Virus record (IMG/VR): IMGVR_UViG_3300025141_017118
Location: 1 to 64,000 of that record
DNA: 64,000 nt
DNA from: a virus
Strand: one strand, 5' to 3'
Positions within the stretch are counted from its first letter, which is position 1; the number at the start of each line of letters is the position of its first letter. The position numbers were made by a program, and so were the translations under genes. The notes under the pieces were generated by a model that was not told the origin of the DNA, did no database searches, and was given only the letters and a program-made list of their open reading frames with translations. Positions 17,991 to 27,500 of the stretch are shown one piece after another.

Positions 17991-18599
17991 CTATACAGAA
18001 AGTGATTTAGAATCCATATGCAGGGTTAATTGTTTAGACTGTTGTAGCAAGAGGGCTAGTGATGGTTCATGTCCTACATAAAATCGGTTTTCTTCAAAAT
18101 GTGAACCTTGTGCCAATTGAATTGCCAACCACTCGTTGTTAGTCAGCTGAATACCAAAATGCTGCAAAAGATATAAAGAGCGATGTGATACAGCCATTTT
18201 ATTTAATTTCTCATTGTATTTGTAAAGTTGGCCCAGTTTTTCTCTATGCCATTGTGACGTTTGTTCAACAAAATAATCATGTTCAAGGGAACCTACTTTA
18301 CCTAAATCATGAAACAACCCTACTTTTAAAATAGAGCCTACTGGGACATTCCATTCAAGGGCTTTATTTAGTCTGCGCATCGTTGCTGTTACCTGGAGGG
18401 CATGTGCAACAAGGCCTCCAGGGTGTGCACCAGGCTGTCCATCTTTTGTAAATGCAGGACACATAACAATTCGCTCACCCAATGCTTCAAATAATGCGCC
18501 GGCAGGTTCACCGGCAGCCTTTACTCCCAGGTTTTCATAAGTATCCCAATTTGACTTCAAGTCATTTAGCTTATCTTTATCGGGCATCTGGATCCCCAT
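17991..18599 (-). CDS. HD-domain phosphohydrolase
   Basis: HPGGLVAHALQV and LFHDLGKVG; later His in AVSHRS. Confidence 0.8.
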   Translation of the reverse strand: MGIQMPDKDKLNDLKSNWDTYENLGVKAAGEPAGALFEALGERIVMCPAFTKDGQPGAHPGGLVAHALQVTATMRRLNKALEWNVPVGSILKVGLFHDLGKVGSLEHDYFVEQTSQWHREKLGQLYKYNEKLNKMAVSHRSLYLLQHFGIQLTNNEWLAIQLAQGSHFEENRFYVGHEPSLALLLQQSKQLTLHMDSKSLSV

Positions 18600-19035
18600 G
18601 AGGCTCAGGCTTCTTTATACTCTTACAATTAAGTGAATAAAACCCTGCGTTGGGCACTTTCCCTGATCCCTCAGAAAACTTTAAAAGTACCGGTGAACAT
18701 TCAAGCTCTAGAGCTTGTCGTCTATACTTAGAATAGGTCAGTACTAGAAGCTTCGCAGATGTACGTTCTAGTTCAGTAATCTCACCGAACCAAGTTGCCA
18801 TAAATAAATCGTCGTAATCTAAGCATTTTTCAAAAACGCCCACGATGGTATAAAGAGACATAACCGGTACCGGATATACCTCAGACGCCTTAGGGCAGAA
18901 ATTGCCAACATTTTCCATGGTCAGCTTGGGGTGAGGATCCTTATTATCGGGTCCAGTAGCAGGTGATTGTTTTGAACATCCCACTACAAACAAAAATAAA
19001 AATAGTGCCGAATATATTCGCGGTGAATTAAACAT
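18577..19035 (-). CDS. Putative lipoprotein
   Basis: Hydrophobic N-terminus ending in lipobox-like VVGC. Confidence 0.55.
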   Translation of the reverse strand: MFNSPRIYSALFLFLFVVGCSKQSPATGPDNKDPHPKLTMENVGNFCPKASEVYPVPVMSLYTIVGVFEKCLDYDDLFMATWFGEITELERTSAKLLVLTYSKYRRQALELECSPVLLKFSEGSGKVPNAGFYSLNCKSIKKPEPHGDPDAR

Positions 19036-19041
19036 ATGTTT

Positions 19042-19070
19042 ATTATACTAGGCTATAATTTGTATGTACA
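19042..19070 (-). promoter_or_regulatory. Candidate sigma70-like promoter
   Basis: TGTACA-N17-TATAAT, a few bases upstream of ATG 19035 (near-leaderless). Confidence 0.55.
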
Positions 19071-19086
19071 CAATTCTGCGTATTTT

Positions 19087-19665
19087 TTATGATGACTTTT
19101 TCGCCGCGGGAGTTGCCTTTGGTTGTGGTTTTTGTGCCGGTTTCTTTCTAGGCTTTTTTTGCTTTAAGGGCATGTCCCACGTATATTTCGAACGGGAAGG
19201 ATAAACCAGTATCTTATTCCCAAACAATTCTACCTGAACTGGTTCAGGGGTTGTGAGAATACCAGCGCTCCTAGCACCTCGTACTGTATGTTTTATAAAG
19301 ATTGCAGCGTCTCTAACTGACATTTCTTTTGCGGCATCACCTGACATCCCTACCGATACGCCAGCGCGACCATATGAATCTTCTATGCCCTGTGGAGCTG
19401 AATATGCATCACCCATCTCGGGTGAATTATTGACTGCTTGTGCTATAAGATCAGCAACCTGGTCCCCCGGCTTTTCACCGGATACTCCCCCAACGCCTAG
19501 TCGGTTCATAAGCTCCGACGGATTTGAGTCCGCTAGCGCCTTAAGGCCTCGGAGTTCTTTCTTTAATCCACCACCAAGACCCCTTGTCTGAGGTGTAGGA
19601 GCCTCGTCCTGTTCTAAAATGATCCGACGTACGTGCCTGGCAATAAATTTCTCAATATCTTCCAT
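19087..19665 (-). CDS. Hypothetical protein with leader FIARHVRRIILE (probable virion protein)
   Basis: AGGAG RBS; ATAATTAT motif upstream; Lys/Pro-rich tail. Confidence 0.6.
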   Translation of the reverse strand: MEDIEKFIARHVRRIILEQDEAPTPQTRGLGGGLKKELRGLKALADSNPSELMNRLGVGGVSGEKPGDQVADLIAQAVNNSPEMGDAYSAPQGIEDSYGRAGVSVGMSGDAAKEMSVRDAAIFIKHTVRGARSAGILTTPEPVQVELFGNKILVYPSRSKYTWDMPLKQKKPRKKPAQKPQPKATPAAKKSS

Positions 19666-19694
19666 CTGTGCTCCTACAATATAATTATCACGCT

Positions 19695-20903
19695 TTAAGC
19701 CAAGTGGCTTACATTCAATGGTAAATGGCCCAACTTATCCAAAAAAATACCTTTCTCTATGACGTGTGTTAAACTAGAGACATCTTTTTCTTTGATATCC
19801 ACAACCATCGCATCGTGAATCAAAAACAAGGGTTGTAACATAATATTATTGTCTGTTGTCTTTTTAATCAACTCAAAGAATCCCAACATCGCAGCATCCA
19901 CTGCGCTAGACTGGATAAAGTTATTATAGAGAAGATGTAATGCACTTTTCTCTACAAAAATTGGACGACCAAACATGTTTTTTATGTGGCCAGTCTCCTG
20001 AAACTCTTTCTGTAGATCATACGCTACCTTATTAAAATTAAAATACTCTCTAACTTTTTTGATCACATCTCTGGATGACATTGTCTTCTTTATCATGTCA
20101 TCCAGCTTTCGAGCCGACACCCCATATAAAGCACATAATGTTGCGATCTTTGATTCTTTTCGTGATAAGTTACCGTTGAAAACTACCTGGGATATGTGTT
20201 CATAGATATCTGTAGAGCATTTCTTTCCCGCACATAAGAGTGCAATGCGGGGCTCCAGAGAAATATAGTCAATCTCCACAACTTTTCCATTCGTATAACT
20301 ACTTGCTATAATATCTCTATACGCACTCGGTAATGTAAGGATACGAGGTCCACCTGACACTATTAAACGACCGGTTACCGTGGATGCCATATCGTATTTT
20401 ACACATGGGGCGTGACCCGTTGCAGAATAAAAGGTTGCAAGGGTTGAAAGGGTCGTCTTATTCTTTTCACTATCCTTGTATCCGTTGTAGGTATCAAAGT
20501 CAATCTTTGCCGGCGCCAGTTTGGCCATAACTTTTTTAGACTTTTGATATATCTTAGAATAGCCACATTCCGTCAGTGTGGCTAGCCCCTCCCAAAGCGT
20601 GTTAAAGACCTTACGAAGTGACATCAACAACTCATCATTCCTCATTGTCAAATGCCACTTCACTGATGATGTATCAATCCCCAGTTGAATAATTGAATTG
20701 TAGTATGCTGCAGGAACTAGGGTAGGAAAATCTATGTTTTGAATTTTAAAGACTTCCCTTAGGTCAAAAAGTGACCCATTCATATCATTTGCCCACACCC
20801 ATGCATCAGATGAAATATGTTTCACCCAAATAAAATCACCACTGCTCTCTAATTGGCAAAGGTGGCGGGATGTTCCTAATACATCCTTAGAAATTATAAT
20901 CAT
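19695..20903 (-). CDS. Short family-A DNA polymerase-like protein (polymerase domain only)
   Basis: TVTGRL, motif A IDYISLEPRI, motif B RKESKIATLCALYG, NNFIQSSAVD, motif C IHDA; no exonuclease motifs seen. Confidence 0.78.
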   Translation of the reverse strand: MIIISKDVLGTSRHLCQLESSGDFIWVKHISSDAWVWANDMNGSLFDLREVFKIQNIDFPTLVPAAYYNSIIQLGIDTSSVKWHLTMRNDELLMSLRKVFNTLWEGLATLTECGYSKIYQKSKKVMAKLAPAKIDFDTYNGYKDSEKNKTTLSTLATFYSATGHAPCVKYDMASTVTGRLIVSGGPRILTLPSAYRDIIASSYTNGKVVEIDYISLEPRIALLCAGKKCSTDIYEHISQVVFNGNLSRKESKIATLCALYGVSARKLDDMIKKTMSSRDVIKKVREYFNFNKVAYDLQKEFQETGHIKNMFGRPIFVEKSALHLLYNNFIQSSAVDAAMLGFFELIKKTTDNNIMLQPLFLIHDAMVVDIKEKDVSSLTHVIEKGIFLDKLGHLPLNVSHLA

Positions 20904-20946
20904 ATAAAATGATAAATTGATTCAGCAGAATGTTCATTGAAATGCT

Positions 20947-23900
20947 TTATGTTTTGTTGCTATCTGTCTGTGTTTTTAATTTAAGAAGGGCATCGTCTAT
21001 CGTTTGGCTCATATTTACGACCTTTCCATATGCGTCATAGCTGACAAAATCTAGGTCAGTTCGAAATTCACCTGGTGCTATTCGATGTGTTATTGAACCT
21101 AGACGATAGACATTGTCAGCTGATGTCCCTGTTTTAAAATCAATAAAGTATTCTTGGCCGAAGGAAAAGAATGGACACCCTAAGACAGATAGTGATGCCT
21201 TAAGGCCGCCAATCTGTACAGGTAAACCATTCGTAGACATCTGGCTTGTGCTGCTGCCACGTAAAGCTCTACTATTTGCGATGTTTGCCATAAGGCCATT
21301 TTTTATGGTATCCAAGTCGGCCTGCAGTACATTCGATGCATTCCCCCCGATATGAATCGTAGGCATCATATATGACATATACTTTTTCATCCCATAAAAA
21401 CCAATACGTGGTTGATACTTCTGGTTCAGTAGCCGCTTTCCGGCCTCTTTGACCGCGCCCAGGCCGGAGCTGGTGTTCTGGTTTGAGTTGATCACAAGCT
21501 TGAGATCAGCCTCGAATTGTTTTTTGTTATCGGCGGTCATTACTAAGGGCTCTACAACACCTGCATCGTAAGAGTGCTTTAGTGCAGCTACCCATGTTTT
21601 CAAGTGTTGATTTTTGTTCTGCACTGCTTGCTGGGATTTCGCGGGATCGGTTTTGGTTTTTTCCCAGTTTAACTTTGCAGCGGTGGCGGATATGACGCCA
21701 AAATGATTATCATATGTTGACTTTAATATTTGCTGGTATGCCTGTGTAGGTGAATGTTGGGCGTCTGATATGTGAAACCTCATAATATATTTTTCAGGAA
21801 CCCCTCGCGAAACAAAATCGAACTTGCTGCTAGCAGTAGTTTTCTCATATAACTGCATAGGAACCGTCTCAATCTGAAATGTCATACGAGGTAGTTTGAA
21901 TGTTAGTTCTTCAGGTGTGGCGTCGGAGCCGGCACCATAGGCTTCTGTAAGAACTTTCCTTACCTGCGCATCATATGCGTTTCGATCCTCATATTTATCT
22001 TTGACCTTGTACCCGTCAGACTCTAGATCATATAAAGAATGAAGGCCATATATCCTACACGCTTGGTTGGAGACGAAATATGATTGAATCATCTGAAGAA
22101 ATGAGCTTACTGACATGGCTGGACCATTTTTAATTATGTATTTTTTAAAAAGTGCCTTAAAGTCACCTATATGTATGGGAAATTGTGCCAGATCCAAATT
22201 TCGTGCCCAACTAGCCTTAGAGTTAATTGGATAATAGATAAATTGAATCTCATCCTGTATGCCTGATGATGCGAGGGGGTAGCCAACAAATATATTCAAT
22301 AATTTTGCTAACGACACCCAGGTTCGTCTTGCATTTGTTTGTGTCATTGTATCAGCAATTGGGCCCTTCCCTTTTGCGTTGACATGGAGTGGTTGTAGCC
22401 AGGGATCATTGGTTTTATTTATTGTATCCACCTTTACTTGAATCTCGTTGGCAATTACACCACTCTTGCTTTTAAGGGCTTGAATCTGGCCGAATCTTGC
22501 ACCGAGTTTTTTCTTTCCCCTTCCAGTACCAAAGAGGTCTTGTAGCTTGTTCACGATGTTCTTAGTTGTGGGGTCGTTTTGTGTTGCGTTGGCACGGACA
22601 TATTTCTGGATTTTTTTTATCGTATCTTCCTCAAGGTTCATTGCAGCGCTAACTGAGCCTATGGAATTTAAGAAGTTTGATCCTCCTATATCTTTGGCAT
22701 TTTCTCCGCGGGCTTGTTGGGTTTTTCTTTTTATAAGCTGAATTGCTTCAACGAGTAATCCCACTGACTTATAGGCGTCTGCAATGTTTTCTGAAAATGT
22801 TATCTTAACAGCGTCTGTTGCAGACGCAGCAACAGTTCGCAGGGAGATGTTAACATCCACCTGACTATCTTCCGTAAAGCTCATCGATGAGTTTTGAATA
22901 GCAAATAGATCACGTGTTCTTAAATTATTAAGAAAATGGCCATAGGGATTATTACTTATTGCCTCATCCGTGGACGGGCCCACCGGATATGACCATCCCC
23001 ACTCAACAAGGATGCGTATTCGGCCGGAAGCATACATCGCAGGCTTGATTAGGGGGGCTAGCTCATCCAAACGAGATTTGTCGTGAATCTTTAGCTCAAG
23101 ATTTGCATTTTTATATGCAATTCCATACGTAGGTGAGACTTTAATATCGAATGCTTGAATTGATGCAAGGGGGCGCAGAGGATCAAGGATGGGTGGCCTT
23201 TTTAATAACTTAGGCTTTTTCGAAGGATCTGACTGGCCGGATTGAGACTTTTGCTTGAAGGGATCAAGTAGATCGCCAGGATCATGGTAAGTAGGATAGT
23301 TTCCGTCGTACCCTAGGGGAATAAGGGTTTGAGGATATGTAAACAGTTCCATTCCAGCAGCATTCATATATCCGGAGGTATTGTCTTTGCCGAAATTGGC
23401 TGCCTGGCCATTCTCCGCCTGCAATGCTTGGGCTACGTCTTGAGGGCTTGAGCTTGCCATTACCCATGATATATTATCCTCACTTTTATCCATTGTGGAT
23501 GGATCTTGTCCCAAGCTTTTTATAAGACCTATTCCCTGACCGGTTTCTCTTGCACCTGGCTCAAACGGCGACACAATATACATCTGAAAGTATGGGACAC
23601 ACTGTGACATGTGAATTGTAGGAATGCTGTTTAAAAATATCTGCCCGATCCCCGAAGATAATGTTGAAGGTGTTGCCTCAGGCTTTCTTATCTGAATAAC
23701 TGCTAAGTTGGGTGCGTTGTTGTCAGGTGCTGCAGGCTTGGAGTTAATAGTCGTCTTGCCACCAGGCATCAACTTTTTTATGGAGACTACTTGATCGTTT
23801 GACACGCCTTTATTGGACGCACCCATGTTATAATGGTGGCCGTATGCATTCGTTATTCCTATCTTTGCAGGAGAATAGGGGTTTTCTTTTGCTTTCTTAC

Positions 23901-24237
23901 CTCCTTCAGGCTCAAATGTAATTATCAAGGTGTTGGCAAGCAGATCCAGATATTTACGCTGTTGACCGGATTCGTTAGTGACCACTGATCCGGCTTGTGA
24001 TTTGACATATTCTAAAACAGCCTTGACCGATGGTGCATATTCAACACCTACCGTTTGAAACCAGTTAATAAGTTTAGAAACCTCAGCGTTGCTTTGATCA
24101 TTCACTGCAACAAGCGAACGAGCACCCTCCTGATCAGGAGATATTTTTATCTTCTCGTACAATGCCTTGTGCGCATTAACATCAGCAATTCCCAGGTAGG
24201 GTCCCAGGACCTCAACAATTTTATTAATCTTGGCCAT
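20947..24237 (-). CDS. Baseplate hub-like protein (gp27/GpD-type C-terminus)
   Basis: ILVEWGWS; C-terminal SLSVLGCP...GQEYFIDF...DNVY.L.SITH.I.PGEFRT; position after the LysM/tail-X-like gene. Confidence 0.6.
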   Translation of the reverse strand: MAKINKIVEVLGPYLGIADVNAHKALYEKIKISPDQEGARSLVAVNDQSNAEVSKLINWFQTVGVEYAPSVKAVLEYVKSQAGSVVTNESGQQRKYLDLLANTLIITFEPEGGKKAKENPYSPAKIGITNAYGHHYNMGASNKGVSNDQVVSIKKLMPGGKTTINSKPAAPDNNAPNLAVIQIRKPEATPSTLSSGIGQIFLNSIPTIHMSQCVPYFQMYIVSPFEPGARETGQGIGLIKSLGQDPSTMDKSEDNISWVMASSSPQDVAQALQAENGQAANFGKDNTSGYMNAAGMELFTYPQTLIPLGYDGNYPTYHDPGDLLDPFKQKSQSGQSDPSKKPKLLKRPPILDPLRPLASIQAFDIKVSPTYGIAYKNANLELKIHDKSRLDELAPLIKPAMYASGRIRILVEWGWSYPVGPSTDEAISNNPYGHFLNNLRTRDLFAIQNSSMSFTEDSQVDVNISLRTVAASATDAVKITFSENIADAYKSVGLLVEAIQLIKRKTQQARGENAKDIGGSNFLNSIGSVSAAMNLEEDTIKKIQKYVRANATQNDPTTKNIVNKLQDLFGTGRGKKKLGARFGQIQALKSKSGVIANEIQVKVDTINKTNDPWLQPLHVNAKGKGPIADTMTQTNARRTWVSLAKLLNIFVGYPLASSGIQDEIQFIYYPINSKASWARNLDLAQFPIHIGDFKALFKKYIIKNGPAMSVSSFLQMIQSYFVSNQACRIYGLHSLYDLESDGYKVKDKYEDRNAYDAQVRKVLTEAYGAGSDATPEELTFKLPRMTFQIETVPMQLYEKTTASSKFDFVSRGVPEKYIMRFHISDAQHSPTQAYQQILKSTYDNHFGVISATAAKLNWEKTKTDPAKSQQAVQNKNQHLKTWVAALKHSYDAGVVEPLVMTADNKKQFEADLKLVINSNQNTSSGLGAVKEAGKRLLNQKYQPRIGFYGMKKYMSYMMPTIHIGGNASNVLQADLDTIKNGLMANIANSRALRGSSTSQMSTNGLPVQIGGLKASLSVLGCPFFSFGQEYFIDFKTGTSADNVYRLGSITHRIAPGEFRTDLDFVSYDAYGKVVNMSQTIDDALLKLKTQTDSNKT

Positions 24238-24242
24238 TCATC

Positions 24243-24542
24243 CTACCCTACCAAAGCCTCTATGTCTTGCATTTTTGTTGGTATAACGAGACGTGTTCCT
24301 GGGGGACATTGGAGAGCCCAACCTATACCGCTAGCAGCAGCGATGATCCACCATAACTTCGCGCTACCGTAATACTGGCCAGCGAGCGCATCAATTCGTT
24401 GTGCCTCTTTCAGCATTACTGTGCTATACCCAATGGTACCATTTGCACATGCGCTGTATATTCGCCATGCGCCCAGTGAGGTCCCATATGCTGTACCTCC
24501 TAGTATTTTCTTTGTATCACTATATCTATTGTCAATGGACAT
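24243..24542 (-). CDS. Baseplate wedge / tail-X-like (LysM-like) protein
   Basis: RIDALAGQYYGSAKLWWIIAAASGI...GTRLVIP. Confidence 0.75.
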   Translation of the reverse strand: MSIDNRYSDTKKILGGTAYGTSLGAWRIYSACANGTIGYSTVMLKEAQRIDALAGQYYGSAKLWWIIAAASGIGWALQCPPGTRLVIPTKMQDIEALVG

Positions 24543-24580
24543 ATATCAATTTCCTCGTATAAGATATGCACTCGCCCGTG

Positions 24581-27500
24581 CTATGGGTTAGTTTTCGCTG
24601 TCTTCGCATCCACACTGGCCATATTCGCAAATTTTGCGTCGCCACCTAAATAGTCATAGGATGCTGGCCCACCTGGATGAATGAATGTGCGTTGTGCACC
24701 TGCATGATCTAATCCCGGTGAAATATCATGAATCACACTAAACTCTATGTTAACGTTACACCACATGGGTAATTTGTATTCTGGTGCAGTCTCCCAATTG
24801 GAATCCATATACTCAAGATTTAATGATGTGATAACTCCCCCCAGGCCACCTATACCACCCCCTATTCTGTTGATGGTTTCAAAAGAACGCACCACAGGAT
24901 TTGATTTTTTGGCATCATCTCCAGATCCCTCGTACCCGCTCTTAAAAAAGTTTGCAGCTAGCTTGTTGGCGGCGTTGGGATCTTTTTCAAAATCATCTAA
25001 TTTTTTGAACTTCGGTTGCGACTTCTTGAGCTTGTCGATCTGGCCGTTTCGCACCGATTTTTTGGGATGTGGACCGGTCGTGAGCGTTACAGCTTGTGAC
25101 CAGTTCATCGGCGAAATATCAACGCAGCCTGGCATATGAGCAAAGAATATGTTATATTCCTTATTAAATTTGTTGATCCCTGCTCGTTGTGCTGCTAACT
25201 CGGCTGCAGGGGTTGTATTTTGAGAATCTAATTCAAACCGTTGCAGTTCACACTGATACCACAGCTGCGTTTGGTTGGCATCACCTTGTACTGGATCGTT
25301 GACAATAAAGACATTGTCAACCAGCAGCTGGAGCCCGGATGCAAGTGAGTTGGGTACCACCCAGCCCTTGCCAAGCATCTTATAATTAGAAACCTGGTTT
25401 TCTGGATTGGCCAGCCATTCAATTGAAGTTCTCCAAGGTGCGGTCTCCAGTCCACTGAACTCCATGGCGAGCTGATCGTCAAACTGCTGGGCAGCGCTGG
25501 TTTGATATCGGTGGTTGGTGTTTAATACCTCAGCTATAGCTCTTGCTTTTTGGATCGTAAAGTCCCACTCTGGGGGGTTAAGCTTGTCAAGCTTCGCTTG
25601 GGTGTCCTTAATATTTTTCTTGCGTGCATTTTCATCCATCTTCGCGACGTCCCCAATCTTGTGCTTTAGGTCAAACAACTGGCTGCTGAGTATCTCATAC
25701 TCCTGTTGTTTCTTGCCAATTGAGGTCAATAACTTCAAGACCGGTGCGGCGCCGATTCGAGTCCCCCACGAATACGAATCGCCCCGAGAGTCGCCGGGGT
25801 AGGGGTTTTCCGGGGCTGTGCCCACGAGGTCGCTTTTAATTTGACTACGAGGAATAACCCACACATACGACAGTGAAAAGCCAGACTTATAAGGATCCAT
25901 GCCGCCGTCGATCTTGTAGCCGGCCTGGTTTGGCATCTCCGCGGCACGTAGATTGATTAATTCATACCTACTTGGCGCCGACTTGATCATTTCAGTGGTG
26001 ACGTCCCCCTCTATTCCGTTCTGCTCCTTTCTTTGCTTTTCGGAGTCCCAGTCAGAGTCCGTCCAAGGATTAACAAGTTGATCACATGCGCTGGTCCTTT
26101 TTTGAATCCAATTGATGTACGCCTCACGAACCATAACAAGATATAGCTCCATCTCACGTATTAGTTGTTTCTTTCTTGCGTCCATTGCAGTTTGGCCAAA
26201 GGCGGGGTCGTCAGACCCGAATAACCTTGCAACAGCGAACTTAGAATAATTGCTACCAAATAGATTACCCAATCTCATGCGTACTACTGGACCTGCTGAC
26301 ATAATTTGCGAAAACGGAACGCGAAATTCCGCGCCAGCTTTTGTCTTATACAGTGCACCGGCAGTATATTGAGGGTATATCATTGCGATAAACCTGTCTA
26401 GATGAGCCCACATTTGACCTAGCTCATGGCTGTCATGCATTGCCGCGACCATAAAACTAAGTGTGATAGTTCTCCCAGTCTTTTTATAGATCATTACATC
26501 ATCAACTCGGCCCATACCCTCTTCTTGTGACCAGTCAGGTGTAAAATTCTCATTAAGACTTGTTAAAAATGCATGAAAAGAAAGTAGTTCGTTAGTTCTC
26601 AAGTCCTGGAACCAGAAAGGCATATATTCCCCATCCAAAGCATCTTGTGTCTCTTTTATTTGAAGGGGGCTAATCATATTCGATCCCTGTGGGGTTATCA
26701 ACTTGGTACCCATACTCCACACCCATCCAGGTACTTCACCTACCAGCTGGTAGTTGACTCTGCTGGAAACGCGGGCGCGGCCGAATATCATGGATTGAGG
26801 TAATATCTTCACCGATGGTGACGTGCCAAATGCAAAAGAGCTTAAAAATTGATTTCCACCCTTTACACCAGGCCCTAATCTGGCTTTCATGATGCGGTTC
26901 TTTGGCTGAGGTGGTAGAAGGGCAGGATTTTTTCGTAAAGGGCCCCAATGTGTCATGGCGTTTAAATATATATCACCAACTTGTGCTGTACGCATGAACC
27001 ACCGTATTGTGGTAGAATCAAAAAACACGTGGATTAAATTAGCAAACTCGATTATAGAAGTGAAGGGGCTAGCCCCTGTTGGGCCGCCGACCGTCGAGCT
27101 CGTCATGGACACGTTACTCATTTTTTTCATGTGTTCGGTTATCTGTTCAGTGTCCTGTGCCACCCGCCTCATCACTGTGACATAATACCCAGGACCATAC
27201 AAGAAATTCATAATGCGTGAGAAAACTGACTCAAATGATGGAGGTGTGGGGGGAATTACACTATCAGCAGACGGTACACCAAGCCAGCCCCATGTCTCTT
27301 CGATGGGAGGAATACCAAAAAATAATGCGGTACCTCGCGAAATGCATGACATTATATTGTTCCTAGTGTAGGGTATACCTAGATACTCAAGTGCAAATGC
27401 CGCATCACCGGAGCGTGTGTTGCGACGTGAAGAGCCCAATGGCTGTCTGGCCAGCGTGTCTTGGCCACTTGCTCCGAGAATTTTGCTGAATATCGCACCC

